A stretch of DNA of 64,000 bases, from the IMG/VR virus record IMGVR_UViG_3300031953_000003, positions 24,790 to 88,789 of that record. One strand, given 5' to 3'. The position numbers and the translations under genes are program-made. The stretch is from a virus (lineage: Duplodnaviria > Caudoviricetes). The notes beneath the pieces were generated by a model. It saw nothing but the letters and a program-made list of their open reading frames with translations. It did not search any database and had not been told where the DNA came from. This document shows, piece after piece, positions 28,895 through 38,600 of the stretch. The stretch's first letter is position 1, and each line of letters opens with the position of its first letter.

Positions 28895-29167
28895 ATGGCT
28901 ACAGAAGTAATAAAAGAAATAAGAACTTTTAATCTTATATTTCTTGGTATAAATGATTGGAATAACCCAATATTTAAAGATAGAGATAAAGATCTATTTT
29001 TTGGTGATACTAATAAGCTTTGGGTATATAATGAGTTAGGAGAAAATAATAAAAATGTTCTTACTTACTATAAAGAAAATTCTGATTCATTAGAGTTTTT
29101 TGGTGATCATTTTGATTGTGAACCTAATGGTGGGAGAGCAAGTAATTGGGTATTTAATATTTTATAA
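28895..29167 (+). CDS. Hypothetical protein
   Basis: 90 aa; FLGINDWNNPIFKD..EP pattern. Confidence 0.7.
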   Translation: MATEVIKEIRTFNLIFLGINDWNNPIFKDRDKDLFFGDTNKLWVYNELGENNKNVLTYYKENSDSLEFFGDHFDCEPNGGRASNWVFNIL

Positions 29168-29169
29168 CT

Positions 29170-29544
29170 ATGAATGTAAAAACATTTCCAGAAATAAGTT
29201 CTGATGATAGAAGAAAATTTACTGCAGGAAAAATAGAATTAGCTACTTATGTACGTATTAAACATAAAAATAAAAGATATAAACTATTAGTAGCTAAAGA
29301 ATATTTTTATGATACTGCTCATACTAAAGATATTTTTCAAGCTATAGGTAAAATTTATGAAGATTTTATTAAATTGGTTTACGATGCTAAATATTTATTT
29401 AAAGTTAGTAAAGAAACTATAGAGTTACTCAATAAAACTTTTTCAGATACTTTAATAGAAGATACAAATATTTTATCTGAAAAAGATAGACTTCATGTAA
29501 AAATTATGTTAGAACAACATAGAACAAACTCAATAACAAATTAA
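29170..29544 (+). CDS. Hypothetical protein
   Basis: 124-aa ORF. Confidence 0.65.
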   Translation: MNVKTFPEISSDDRRKFTAGKIELATYVRIKHKNKRYKLLVAKEYFYDTAHTKDIFQAIGKIYEDFIKLVYDAKYLFKVSKETIELLNKTFSDTLIEDTNILSEKDRLHVKIMLEQHRTNSITN

Positions 29545-29546
29545 TT

Positions 29547-29762
29547 ATGGGAACTATAGAGTGTATGGTTAAAAAGAAAAAACCTGTACTAGAACCTTTT
29601 ACAGATGAAGATCGAAAAGAAATACTGGAAGAAAATAAAGATATAAATGTTTCTTATTTATCTTTAATTAAAGAAGTACTTTCTTATAAAGATCATTCTG
29701 TACATACTTTATTAAGAGGTTGGGGAGGTGTTAAATTAATTAAAGTTATTAAACATGGATAG
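29547..29762 (+). CDS. Hypothetical protein
   Basis: 71-aa ORF. Confidence 0.6.
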   Translation: MGTIECMVKKKKPVLEPFTDEDRKEILEENKDINVSYLSLIKEVLSYKDHSVHTLLRGWGGVKLIKVIKHG

Positions 29763-31038
29763 TAAATATGATAATTTATATGCTAGAGATAGCAAGGGTA
29801 AAATATTAGAATGGAGTATTAAAGTTTCCACTAATGGTAATTCTGTAGATATAATGAAATCTTACGGAGAACTAGAAGGTGCGAAAGCGCTTAAATGGCA
29901 ACGTAATATTCAAGGTAAAAATATAGGTAAAAGTAATGAGACTAATTCTTATGAACAAGCACAATTACAATGTGAAAGTAGTATTAGGAGACAAAAGGAT
30001 AAAGGATATATATCTTATAAAGATTTAAAATTACAATTTAATATTGTAGTATCTATAAATCTTAATCACGATCTTGAAATATTTTTACCTAAATCTCGTG
30101 TAGATGCTTCTGGTAATGTTAAACCTATGAAAGCCCAACAGTACTACCGTAGTAAGAAGAATTGGACTGATCCCAATGGTAATATTTGGGATGATAGAAA
30201 ATATTTCTACTTAAAACATTATACGGAACGTAAAGAACCTAAATCTGTTATTATAGATTTTCCCTGTATGTTACAACCTAAGATTAATGGTGTACGTGCT
30301 ACAGTTCAATATATTAATGGTAAACCTGTAATACTTAGTAAAGAAGGTAAAGAATATACTATACCTCAACTTACAGATTTTCTTACTATTAATTCAGATA
30401 TATTTGATACATTTGAAGATGATATTGTATTAGACGGAGAATTGTATATACATGGAGAATCTTTACAAGTTATTAGTAGTGCAGTAAAAGCTGTTAATTT
30501 AGATACTCAACGTATAAAATTTATATTGTTTGATCTTGCTATTGAAGAATTTAATAATAAAGATAGATGGACTATTATTAAAAAGCATATTAAACCTAAA
30601 TTAGATCAACATCTTAATTGCTGCATAGAACTTATAACTACTATGGGTGTAGCTAATGATGCTACTGTACAGTTACTTACTGATAAGTATATTAGAGAAG
30701 GTTACGAAGGTACTATAATGCGTAAACTTACTGGTAAGTATGCTTTTGGTAAAAGACCTATGGATATGGTTAAACTTAAAAGAGTTTTAGATGCAGAGTT
30801 TACTATTGTAGGTGTAACTGAACAAGATAAAGATCCTACTATGGGTTTATATCAATGTATAACTGATGAAGGAGAACCATTTGAAGTTAACCCTAAAGGT
30901 ACAGAAGAATTTAAACGTTATGTATTAGATAATAAATCTGATATTATAGGTAAAAAATTAACTTGTACATTTTATGAATATACAGATGCAGGTAAGCCAT
31001 TTCATGTAATTGATAACTTAATTCGAGATTATGAATAG
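29755..31038 (+). CDS. ATP-dependent DNA ligase
   Basis: Motif I QPKINGVR, DGELY, FDL, EGYEG, VKLK; N-terminal GKNIGKSNET domain. Confidence 0.92.
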   Translation: MDSKYDNLYARDSKGKILEWSIKVSTNGNSVDIMKSYGELEGAKALKWQRNIQGKNIGKSNETNSYEQAQLQCESSIRRQKDKGYISYKDLKLQFNIVVSINLNHDLEIFLPKSRVDASGNVKPMKAQQYYRSKKNWTDPNGNIWDDRKYFYLKHYTERKEPKSVIIDFPCMLQPKINGVRATVQYINGKPVILSKEGKEYTIPQLTDFLTINSDIFDTFEDDIVLDGELYIHGESLQVISSAVKAVNLDTQRIKFILFDLAIEEFNNKDRWTIIKKHIKPKLDQHLNCCIELITTMGVANDATVQLLTDKYIREGYEGTIMRKLTGKYAFGKRPMDMVKLKRVLDAEFTIVGVTEQDKDPTMGLYQCITDEGEPFEVNPKGTEEFKRYVLDNKSDIIGKKLTCTFYEYTDAGKPFHVIDNLIRDYE

Positions 31039-31282
31039 AAGAACAGGACAAACAACTAGAATAGTTGATGATTATATACAAGAATTATTTACAAAAGGTA
31101 GTATTACTGTAGTAGATAATGAAGATACTTATGAACTTAATAGAAGAGTTACATCTATAATTAAAAAAAGATTAATAGTAGAACATAATCATTTAATTCC
31201 TGATGGAATAACTATAAAAGAAAAAATAAATAGTAAATTAAGACGAAACGATATAACAATAACTCTTACAAATAAATTATGA
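31031..31282 (+). CDS. Hypothetical protein
   Basis: 83 aa, RRTGQTTR N-terminus. Confidence 0.65.
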   Translation: MNRRTGQTTRIVDDYIQELFTKGSITVVDNEDTYELNRRVTSIIKKRLIVEHNHLIPDGITIKEKINSKLRRNDITITLTNKL

Positions 31283-31833
31283 GTATAGAAGAAAATAAAC
31301 AAGAGACTGGATTAGAAATTTTTAATCAAATTCAAAATCAAAAAGCATTAGTAACTGCTGATAATATTAAAGAATTAATACTTACAGGAGAAGCTAACCC
31401 TACTCATGTAGCTGTTACTTTAAAAAGATTTGCAAAAATACAAGAAATTATACATAACAACAAACAACTTCAAGAAGTTATTACAGAAGATGTTAAAAAG
31501 TATATTGAAAAAGGCTCTACTGCTCATGCTTTTGGTGCTAAAATTACTGTAGCTAACTATGGTTATAATGATTGGTCACAAACACAAGACCCTGTACGAG
31601 ATAAGCTACTAGAAATACAAGAACAAGTAAAAGAGCAGCTAAAAGCTAGAGAAGAAGAAATTATAGCTTCATCTAATGCTTTTCTTAAAAAGAAAGATAA
31701 AGGTTTATCTATTGCTAGTTATAAAATTACTTTTGATAGTTTACCTAAATTTGAATGGGAAGAAATAGAAGGAGAAGTAAGTACTAACCCTGTAACTAAA
31801 AATTCTAAAGAAGGATTAAGGTTTACAGTTTAA
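31279..31833 (+). CDS. Hypothetical protein
   Basis: 184-aa helical ORF. Confidence 0.75.
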   Translation: MSIEENKQETGLEIFNQIQNQKALVTADNIKELILTGEANPTHVAVTLKRFAKIQEIIHNNKQLQEVITEDVKKYIEKGSTAHAFGAKITVANYGYNDWSQTQDPVRDKLLEIQEQVKEQLKAREEEIIASSNAFLKKKDKGLSIASYKITFDSLPKFEWEEIEGEVSTNPVTKNSKEGLRFTV

Positions 31834-31842
31834 CAATCTATT

Positions 31843-32511
31843 ATGGATACATTTCAAGAAGAATTAAATATAGAATTAAGTAGTTGGAGTAGTGTATTTA
31901 TACCGGTTGTTGCTGAAAAACTTAGAAAAGCTATAGAAAAAGTAGATCATTTAAGGAGATTTGTTACTGTATATCCTGATAAAGATGATATATTAAAACC
32001 TTTTAAAGATACAAATAGAAAAGATGTAAAGGTAGTTATATTAGGTTCAGGGCCTTATTTTAATGGTAACGCTACTGGTAAAGCTTTTGCTTGTAAAGAT
32101 GATATAAGTTCTGTATTGCATCGTGTATTTAATGCTGTTGATAAAGATCATGGTAATAATATTGACAAAAGCCTTGATCAATGGTCAAATCAAGGTGTAT
32201 TGCTTTTAAATAGTCTTTGGAGTGTAGAAGCTGATAAACCCGGTTCTCATGAACATATAGGCTGGCAATATCTTACTGCTTGCTTAATAAAAGCATTGAG
32301 TAGTTTAAATAAGAACGTAGTTTTTATGTTTTGGGGTAGAGAAGCTTTAGAGTATAAAAAGTTCGTAATGAACAGACAAAATCATCTAATGCTAGAAGCA
32401 CCGCATCCTATAGAAGCTGCATACGCTATACTGCCTTGGGAATGTGATCATTTTGAAAAAGCAAATGAATTTTTTAATAATTGTAATGTTAAACCAATAC
32501 AATGGAATTAA
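31843..32511 (+). CDS. ung: Family-1 uracil-DNA glycosylase homolog with degenerate catalytic motifs
   Basis: KVVILGSGPY (canonical GQDPY), QGVLLLN, HIGW, FMFWG, HP. Confidence 0.85.
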   Translation: MDTFQEELNIELSSWSSVFIPVVAEKLRKAIEKVDHLRRFVTVYPDKDDILKPFKDTNRKDVKVVILGSGPYFNGNATGKAFACKDDISSVLHRVFNAVDKDHGNNIDKSLDQWSNQGVLLLNSLWSVEADKPGSHEHIGWQYLTACLIKALSSLNKNVVFMFWGREALEYKKFVMNRQNHLMLEAPHPIEAAYAILPWECDHFEKANEFFNNCNVKPIQWN

Positions 32512-32529
32512 AACTAAGATTATAATTAG

Positions 32530-32538
32530 TATATTTGC
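32530..32538 (+). promoter_or_regulatory. Bacteroidota -7 element candidate
   Basis: TATATTTGC in the intergenic gap 33 nt upstream of ATG 32571; TTA at the -33 position. Confidence 0.55.
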
Positions 32539-32570
32539 TCTATATATAACACTAATAATTAAATAACAGT

Positions 32571-33023
32571 ATGAAAAAATCAGAAGTAAAAACACCAGAA
32601 TTACCTACATTAGAAGAAGCAAGGAAAATGCTAGATTTTATTAAAGAACCTAGAGGATATGATATAGTTATTATCAGTCCTGCCGTTCCTAAAATTCTTA
32701 GTAATGGTTTTGTATCTAATAATAAAAAAGATTACGAAACTGCTCAAATGAAAGATTATTCAAAAGGGATGTTAGTAGTATTTTCTCCTTATGAAAATTC
32801 ACCAGAAGTAAGGAAAAATAATCCTCATGCAGTATTTGCTGGAGATATAATTACAGTTAATGATAAACCTTCTGATGCTGATGTAATAACAACTGAAGTT
32901 TTACATGAAGGTTTAGATATTCCAGATACAATGAAGAAAGTACCTGAAATGTATCAATCTTTTATATGGCAAGTACAAAATTCAAATCATGTTTCACTAG
33001 TATTAAAAAAACGTAGAGAATAA
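32571..33023 (+). CDS. Divergent GroES-like co-chaperonin candidate
   Basis: PRGYDIVI..KILSNGFV..KGMLVV..VFAGDIIT parallels PLGDRVLV..TASGIIL..GEVVAV..VKVGDKV. Confidence 0.45.
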   Translation: MKKSEVKTPELPTLEEARKMLDFIKEPRGYDIVIISPAVPKILSNGFVSNNKKDYETAQMKDYSKGMLVVFSPYENSPEVRKNNPHAVFAGDIITVNDKPSDADVITTEVLHEGLDIPDTMKKVPEMYQSFIWQVQNSNHVSLVLKKRRE

Positions 33024-34045
33024 TGGCACATAATATAAATATAACAAATGGTAAAGCTAGTTTTGCATCTAAGAAACAACTTGCTTGGCACGGTCTAGGT
33101 CAGGTTGTAGATGCAATGACTAGTGAAGAAGCTATTAAACTTGGAGGGCTAGACTATAGAGTAGGTCTAGCTCCTTTGTATGCAGGAGTAAATAGTTTAG
33201 AAAAACTTGAAACTAAAGACCATGTTAATGTTCTTCGTACAGGGATAGAAAAACCTGAATTTATGTCTATGGAAGAAATGACTTCTAACTATGCTACTTA
33301 TAGAAAAGATACTAAACAAATATTTGGTATTGTAGGTAGTAGATATGAAGTAATTCAAAATTCAGAAGCTTTTGATTTCTTTGATAGTATTGTTGGAGAA
33401 GGTCACGCTACTTATGAAACTGTAGGCGCTTTAGGTAAAGGCGAACAAGTATTTATTACAGCTAAACTTCCTAATAAACTTATGGTTAAAGGAGAAGATA
33501 TAGACAATTATCTTTTACTTACTATGGCTCATGATGGAAGTGGTGCTATTCAAGTAATGTTTACACCTATTAGAGTTGTATGTAATAATACATTATCTGC
33601 TGCTTTACGTCATTGTAAGAATAAAGTATCTATTCGTCATACTAAAAATGCTAGAACTAAGTTAGAATTATCTAAAAAGATACTAGGTATCGTAGATATG
33701 CAATCAGACAAACTTAGTCAAGCATTTAATAGAATGGCTCAAAAAGCTATGAACGATGATGAAATAGAAACTATTATTAAAAACGCTTTTGGATTTAATA
33801 GAGATGAAAACGGCGATCTTAGTACTAGATCAGATAATGAATTAGAACGTATTCTTGAATATCATGAAATAGGTGTAGGTCAAGAAACTATTAGAGGAAC
33901 TGCTTGGGGAGTATATAATGCTATTACAGGTTATCAACAAAATGTAAAAACTTACAAAGATGCTGATAAAAAGTTTAATAGTATATATGATACTAGTGTT
34001 TCTAAGATTAGACAAAATGCTTTTAATAATTTAATATTGGTGTAA
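33023..34045 (+). CDS. DUF932 family phage/plasmid protein
   Basis: AWHGLG, YEVIQNSEAF, ETVGAL, HDGSG, IRVVCNNTL, IRHT, GTAWGVYNAIT. Confidence 0.88.
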   Translation: MAHNINITNGKASFASKKQLAWHGLGQVVDAMTSEEAIKLGGLDYRVGLAPLYAGVNSLEKLETKDHVNVLRTGIEKPEFMSMEEMTSNYATYRKDTKQIFGIVGSRYEVIQNSEAFDFFDSIVGEGHATYETVGALGKGEQVFITAKLPNKLMVKGEDIDNYLLLTMAHDGSGAIQVMFTPIRVVCNNTLSAALRHCKNKVSIRHTKNARTKLELSKKILGIVDMQSDKLSQAFNRMAQKAMNDDEIETIIKNAFGFNRDENGDLSTRSDNELERILEYHEIGVGQETIRGTAWGVYNAITGYQQNVKTYKDADKKFNSIYDTSVSKIRQNAFNNLILV

Positions 34046-34269
34046 TGGAAAATGATTTTTTGAAGTCTTTAGAAAGTGTTACTTTATCTGGAATTAAATT
34101 TAGAGAAATGCTTGATAAAATAAAGCGTGTAGAGTTACGAGAGAAAAAAGTAATATCTTTTTTAAAAAAATTAGAGCCTTGTTTAAATATAGCTTCTATA
34201 GGGGAATTAATAACTTCAGAAAGTGATTTTACAGTAAAAGAAAAAATTAATATAATTAAAAAAAAATAA
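34045..34269 (+). CDS. Small hypothetical protein
   Basis: 74 aa, TAATG-coupled. Confidence 0.6.
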   Translation: MENDFLKSLESVTLSGIKFREMLDKIKRVELREKKVISFLKKLEPCLNIASIGELITSESDFTVKEKINIIKKK

Positions 34270-34271
34270 TT

Positions 34272-34454
34272 ATGGAAAATCTAATTGTAAATGTAGTACT
34301 CATAGTTTATATTATATCTGTTGTTATTTGTTTAGTTACATTAGCTATCAGTGCTACTACAGTTAGAATGACACCTAAAGTAATAGGTCAAGGATTAATA
34401 TTATCTTTTGTACCTATAATAAATACATTAATAATAATAAAAAATTTAACATGA
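34272..34454 (+). CDS. Small membrane protein
   Basis: 60 aa, two hydrophobic segments. Confidence 0.6.
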   Translation: MENLIVNVVLIVYIISVVICLVTLAISATTVRMTPKVIGQGLILSFVPIINTLIIIKNLT

Positions 34455-35146
34455 GAGAATCTATAGCGACAACATTATTTAAACTATTTGACGATGTAGT
34501 TATTGGTAAAGATCGAGAACAGATAGAACTTCATACTATTCTTACTTTAGACCAACGTACTGATTTAATATATGAAATTATTAAAAAGCTACCTGAAAAT
34601 GATCTTGAACAAGTAACTAGATTTCATGATGCTTTTAAAGTTAAGAGAGAAAAAACTAATCAAATAGAAGAGTTTGAATTTAACAAACTACGTATTTCTC
34701 TTATACTAGAAGAAGCAATGGAATTAGGGTTTGCTCTTGGTTATGGTACAGATACTTTTTATAAATTGATACTTCATCTGTTTAAAAAAGTAAGTGAAAA
34801 AACTATAGAACCCGGTATTATAGAAGTGGCAGATGCACTTTGTGATCTTAGAGTAGTAGTAAATGGTAGTACTGATGTATTTAATTTAGGTGAATATTCT
34901 CAAGAACTAATGGAAGAAGTCACTCGTAGTAATATGAGTAAACTTATACCAGATATAGAAGGAGATGAAACTTTAAAAATAATTAAAGATTCTGTAGCTA
35001 AGTATGCAGAACAAGGTATTAAAGTTAGGTCTGAAAAATTAGGTAATGGTTATGTAGCTATTATCAATGATGAAACAAACAAAATTTTAAAACCTACAAC
35101 TTACGTAGAACCAGATTTAAAATCAATAATTTTTAACACTAAATAA
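34451..35146 (+). CDS. MazG/PRA-PH-like nucleotide pyrophosphohydrolase
   Basis: LILEEAMEL, EVADALCDL, EEVTRSNMSK, KILKP. Confidence 0.8.
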   Translation: MRESIATTLFKLFDDVVIGKDREQIELHTILTLDQRTDLIYEIIKKLPENDLEQVTRFHDAFKVKREKTNQIEEFEFNKLRISLILEEAMELGFALGYGTDTFYKLILHLFKKVSEKTIEPGIIEVADALCDLRVVVNGSTDVFNLGEYSQELMEEVTRSNMSKLIPDIEGDETLKIIKDSVAKYAEQGIKVRSEKLGNGYVAIINDETNKILKPTTYVEPDLKSIIFNTK

Positions 35147-35154
35147 CAATAAAA

Positions 35155-35586
35155 ATGGAAATGGAAACAATTAAGTGGGCAGCAATAGCTATTTTAGCTT
35201 TAGGTTTTTTAGTAATGTTAGTAGTATGGAATAGTGCTAATGAAAGAGCAAAGCACTATAAAAATGAAGCTAAATTTTGTCATACAAAATTAAAAGATTG
35301 TAATGATGATATAACTAAAGCTAATGCACGGCTTACAAGAGCAAGCAAATCTTTAGCTGAAATTGAAGCTGTTAAAAAATTTGATGAAAGTTCTGGTAAT
35401 TTAATTTCAATTAATTTATCGAAACGTATTAGATTTGAAATGCCTATGAGTACAGAACTAGCACACAATGTTAAAGCTAAAACTGTTAAATCTGATGGTA
35501 AAGTTATTGGTTATGATTTTACAGTTAGACGTAAAGTAAAAAATGAATGGATTGATCTTAATGTAAGACCTTATCTTGTAGATTAA
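35155..35586 (+). CDS. Membrane-anchored coiled-coil protein
   Basis: N-terminal TM followed by heptads; 143 aa. Confidence 0.65.
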   Translation: MEMETIKWAAIAILALGFLVMLVVWNSANERAKHYKNEAKFCHTKLKDCNDDITKANARLTRASKSLAEIEAVKKFDESSGNLISINLSKRIRFEMPMSTELAHNVKAKTVKSDGKVIGYDFTVRRKVKNEWIDLNVRPYLVD

Positions 35587-35609
35587 ATAAAACAACAAAT
35601 ATAAATAAT

Positions 35610-35642
35610 AAAAAAGGGCTACTTAATTGTAGCCCTTTTTTT
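35610..35642. terminator. Bidirectional terminator between convergent early/middle and late modules
   Basis: AAAAAAGGGCTAC-TTAATT-GTAGCCCTTTTTTT, T-tracts on both strands. Confidence 0.92.
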
Positions 35643-35660
35643 CCGCAATAAAAACAAATA

Positions 35661-38600
35661 CTAGTTCTTATCGAATACTTGATTACCGTAATTAATAATC
35701 CTGTAACCCTGTGTAAGTATAGGGAACATTTGTGATGTTTCTCTAAGTGCTTTACTACTATCAGCATTTACACCGGTTTTAATTTTATCTTTACCTAGTA
35801 ATAAATCATATAAACTATCTCCCCATTCACCTACATCTTTAATAAGACTTGCAGAAGGTAAAGGATCTTTAAGCATAGTTTTAAATTGAGCAGGACTTAC
35901 ATAGAAAGTTAAATCTGTTCTCAATCTTAAACCTTGATTAATTACATGATTTATTAAGAATTTATCATCATCATCCAATTCTCCTGCAAACATACTTAAT
36001 ATAGCATAAGCTAAATAAATATCAATATATATAACTGCTTCTGCAACTACTCTTCTCATATTAGCTGCATCTGTATTATCTACAGTTGTATCACCTACTT
36101 GATCAAAGTTAGTATCTTTAAATAATGCACCAAAAGTTTGAAACTTAGCTATACCTTTCATGATTTCTAAAGCTGCTGTAGGTATTCCTACATCACCAAA
36201 GAAAGCAGGTATAGATATATATCTACCTTTTACATTTACACCTAATGCACTGTCATATTTTTCAGATTCAAATCTAGCTGCATAACCTTCAAACATCCAT
36301 GTTCTAAACTGACCTAGTGCTCTACCTATCCAGTTCTTTTTAAGTTCTAATGGAGAATTAGGATCATAGTTACCATGATTACGTTTATTAAGTTGATTTA
36401 TCTTAATACGTAGTTCAGCAATTTGTTCTTGTGTAATATCTGCATCTGCTTTTACATTACCTTGTTCATCCATAGCTTCCCATAGATTACTATCCTTACC
36501 ACCTATACGTACAGGGGTATGTAACATTAACGCTATCATTAAAGGTGCTTGATTCACGTATTCTGTACGCTGTGTAAGATTATAAGGCGATAACCATTTG
36601 TGCCTTTTAGATAATTCTACGGTAAATGCGCTTTCATACAATTCATGTGATGCATCTTTAAGAATATCCCAACGTTCCATAAGGTTACGAATTTTAAGTG
36701 ATTCTCCGGGCGCTACACGATCAAATGCGAAGTTTTTACCGATACTTCCCATAGTTTTTTTGTACCCTTGTCTTAATTCAGCAGTACTATATAATTGGTT
36801 TCCTGCACCTTCTATCATGTTAGCAATAGTACCAAAACCTACGTTAGCAATAGAACTCATAACGTTCCATCCCATACCTTTTAACTGTATGTATTTAAGT
36901 AATTGATCACCTCTTTTACTCCATACTGCATAACCACCTAAACTATCTAATTGAGTATTTAATTTCTTTTTAAGATTATTATAAGTATCAGCAGTAATAA
37001 TTTTAGAAGCAAAAGTTGTTTCTAATTTTAACAGTTCATTTTCTATGTTAGCTTTAGTTTCTTTTTCTTTAGAAGTTAGTACTTTCTTTTTAGTTACACC
37101 TTCTTCTTTATTACCTTTACCATAGAAACTTTCTACAAAATAATTAAATTGTTTTTTAGTTTTTACAAAACTTTCACTTAAAGGTAATGGATCAGCTAAT
37201 TTTCCATTTTCTTGTTTAAATAATTCTCCTTGTTTATTACGTCTATATTCTCTAGCATTATCTAAAGTTGTTTGTGCTAGTTTAACATGATCTTCTATTT
37301 TAACTTTATGCTTATAAGCTAGTACACTTAATGCATATACTTTAAGTATTTTAGGAAGATCAAAAGATTTTCTACTAGCAATATCATTTTTAATTTGTTC
37401 TCCCCATATTTTAGTTTGTTCAGGAGTTGGTGAAATACCATTTTCATTAAGATATTCAATACTCATTAAATTAAGTCTATCTATATATTCTGTACCTGTA
37501 TTAGCACTAAGATTAACAGATAAACTATTTTTTTCTTTACCTGTTACTGGATCAACAGTTTTATTAAATATATTACTCTCTGCATTAGTTCTTACTGCTT
37601 TTTTAAGTTCATCATACAAAGGAGCAAAACCTGCTTTCATACCTTTATCAGAATAAACAGATAAAAGATTTTTTTCTATAAAAGGTACACCTTCATATAT
37701 AAGTTTTTTTCTATCTTCTGCTGACATAAAAGATTTAAGCATTTTATCAATATCATTATAATATTTATAAAAATCATATAAATCTTTATCAGCAGCTATT
37801 TCTTTAAAAGAGTTATCAAGATGATTATCATTAGCTATGAAAGTTATATGATCAGAAGAACCAAATCCTTTATGTTTAGTAAGACTTTGATCTGTACTAC
37901 TACCATGTTGTTTGTAAAAATTATAAGGTGAATTAGCTTTTTCCCAAAATGTTAAAGCTTTACTAGTTTTTTCATTAGATAAAAATTCAGATGTACTAGT
38001 CATATTATAAGAAGCCATAAGATTAGTTACGAACTGTTCTTTTTGCTTGTTATAATTATCTATTTTAGCTTGTTGATCTTCTATAAATTCATTATAAAAG
38101 GTTTCTCCTAGTTCTTCTTTTAATTGTTTTTTATATTCATTAACTTTTACTTGTTCTTCTTTAGTAAATTTCCCTGTAGAGAATAAATATCCTAGTTTAA
38201 TGTTCTTAGTATTATTCCTAGTCCATTGCATTAACTCACTATAGCTATCAAAATCTCTATCCTCTTCTAAATTATATATAAGATTATTTAAAGATTTATT
38301 AAAGCTATCTGAATATCTATGAACCATTTTACCAGTTAAATTACCTGATTTAGTTTTTTGTTTAAATAACTCATATAGATCATCTTTACTATAGCCTTTA
38401 GATTTAAGTATAGCTACTATTTTTTCTTCTTTTTCATCAAGATTTTCTAGTAGTGTTTTAGTATCATCTATAGATTTTACATTAGCTTTTTGAACAGCCA
38501 TAAATACTGAATTTAATAATTCATTATCTACTCTACTAATATCCATAGCTATTTGTTGTGCATAGTTAATATCTTTAAAGTGATTAAATATGTTTTCTAA

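Noticed and set aside
34451-35146. Z-genome (MazZ/PurZ/DatZ) system
   Set aside because: Only a MazG-like gene is seen; no PurZ or DatZ in the window
35155-35586. i-spanin
   Set aside because: TM plus coiled coil fits, but it lies in the early/middle module with no overlapping lipoprotein partner
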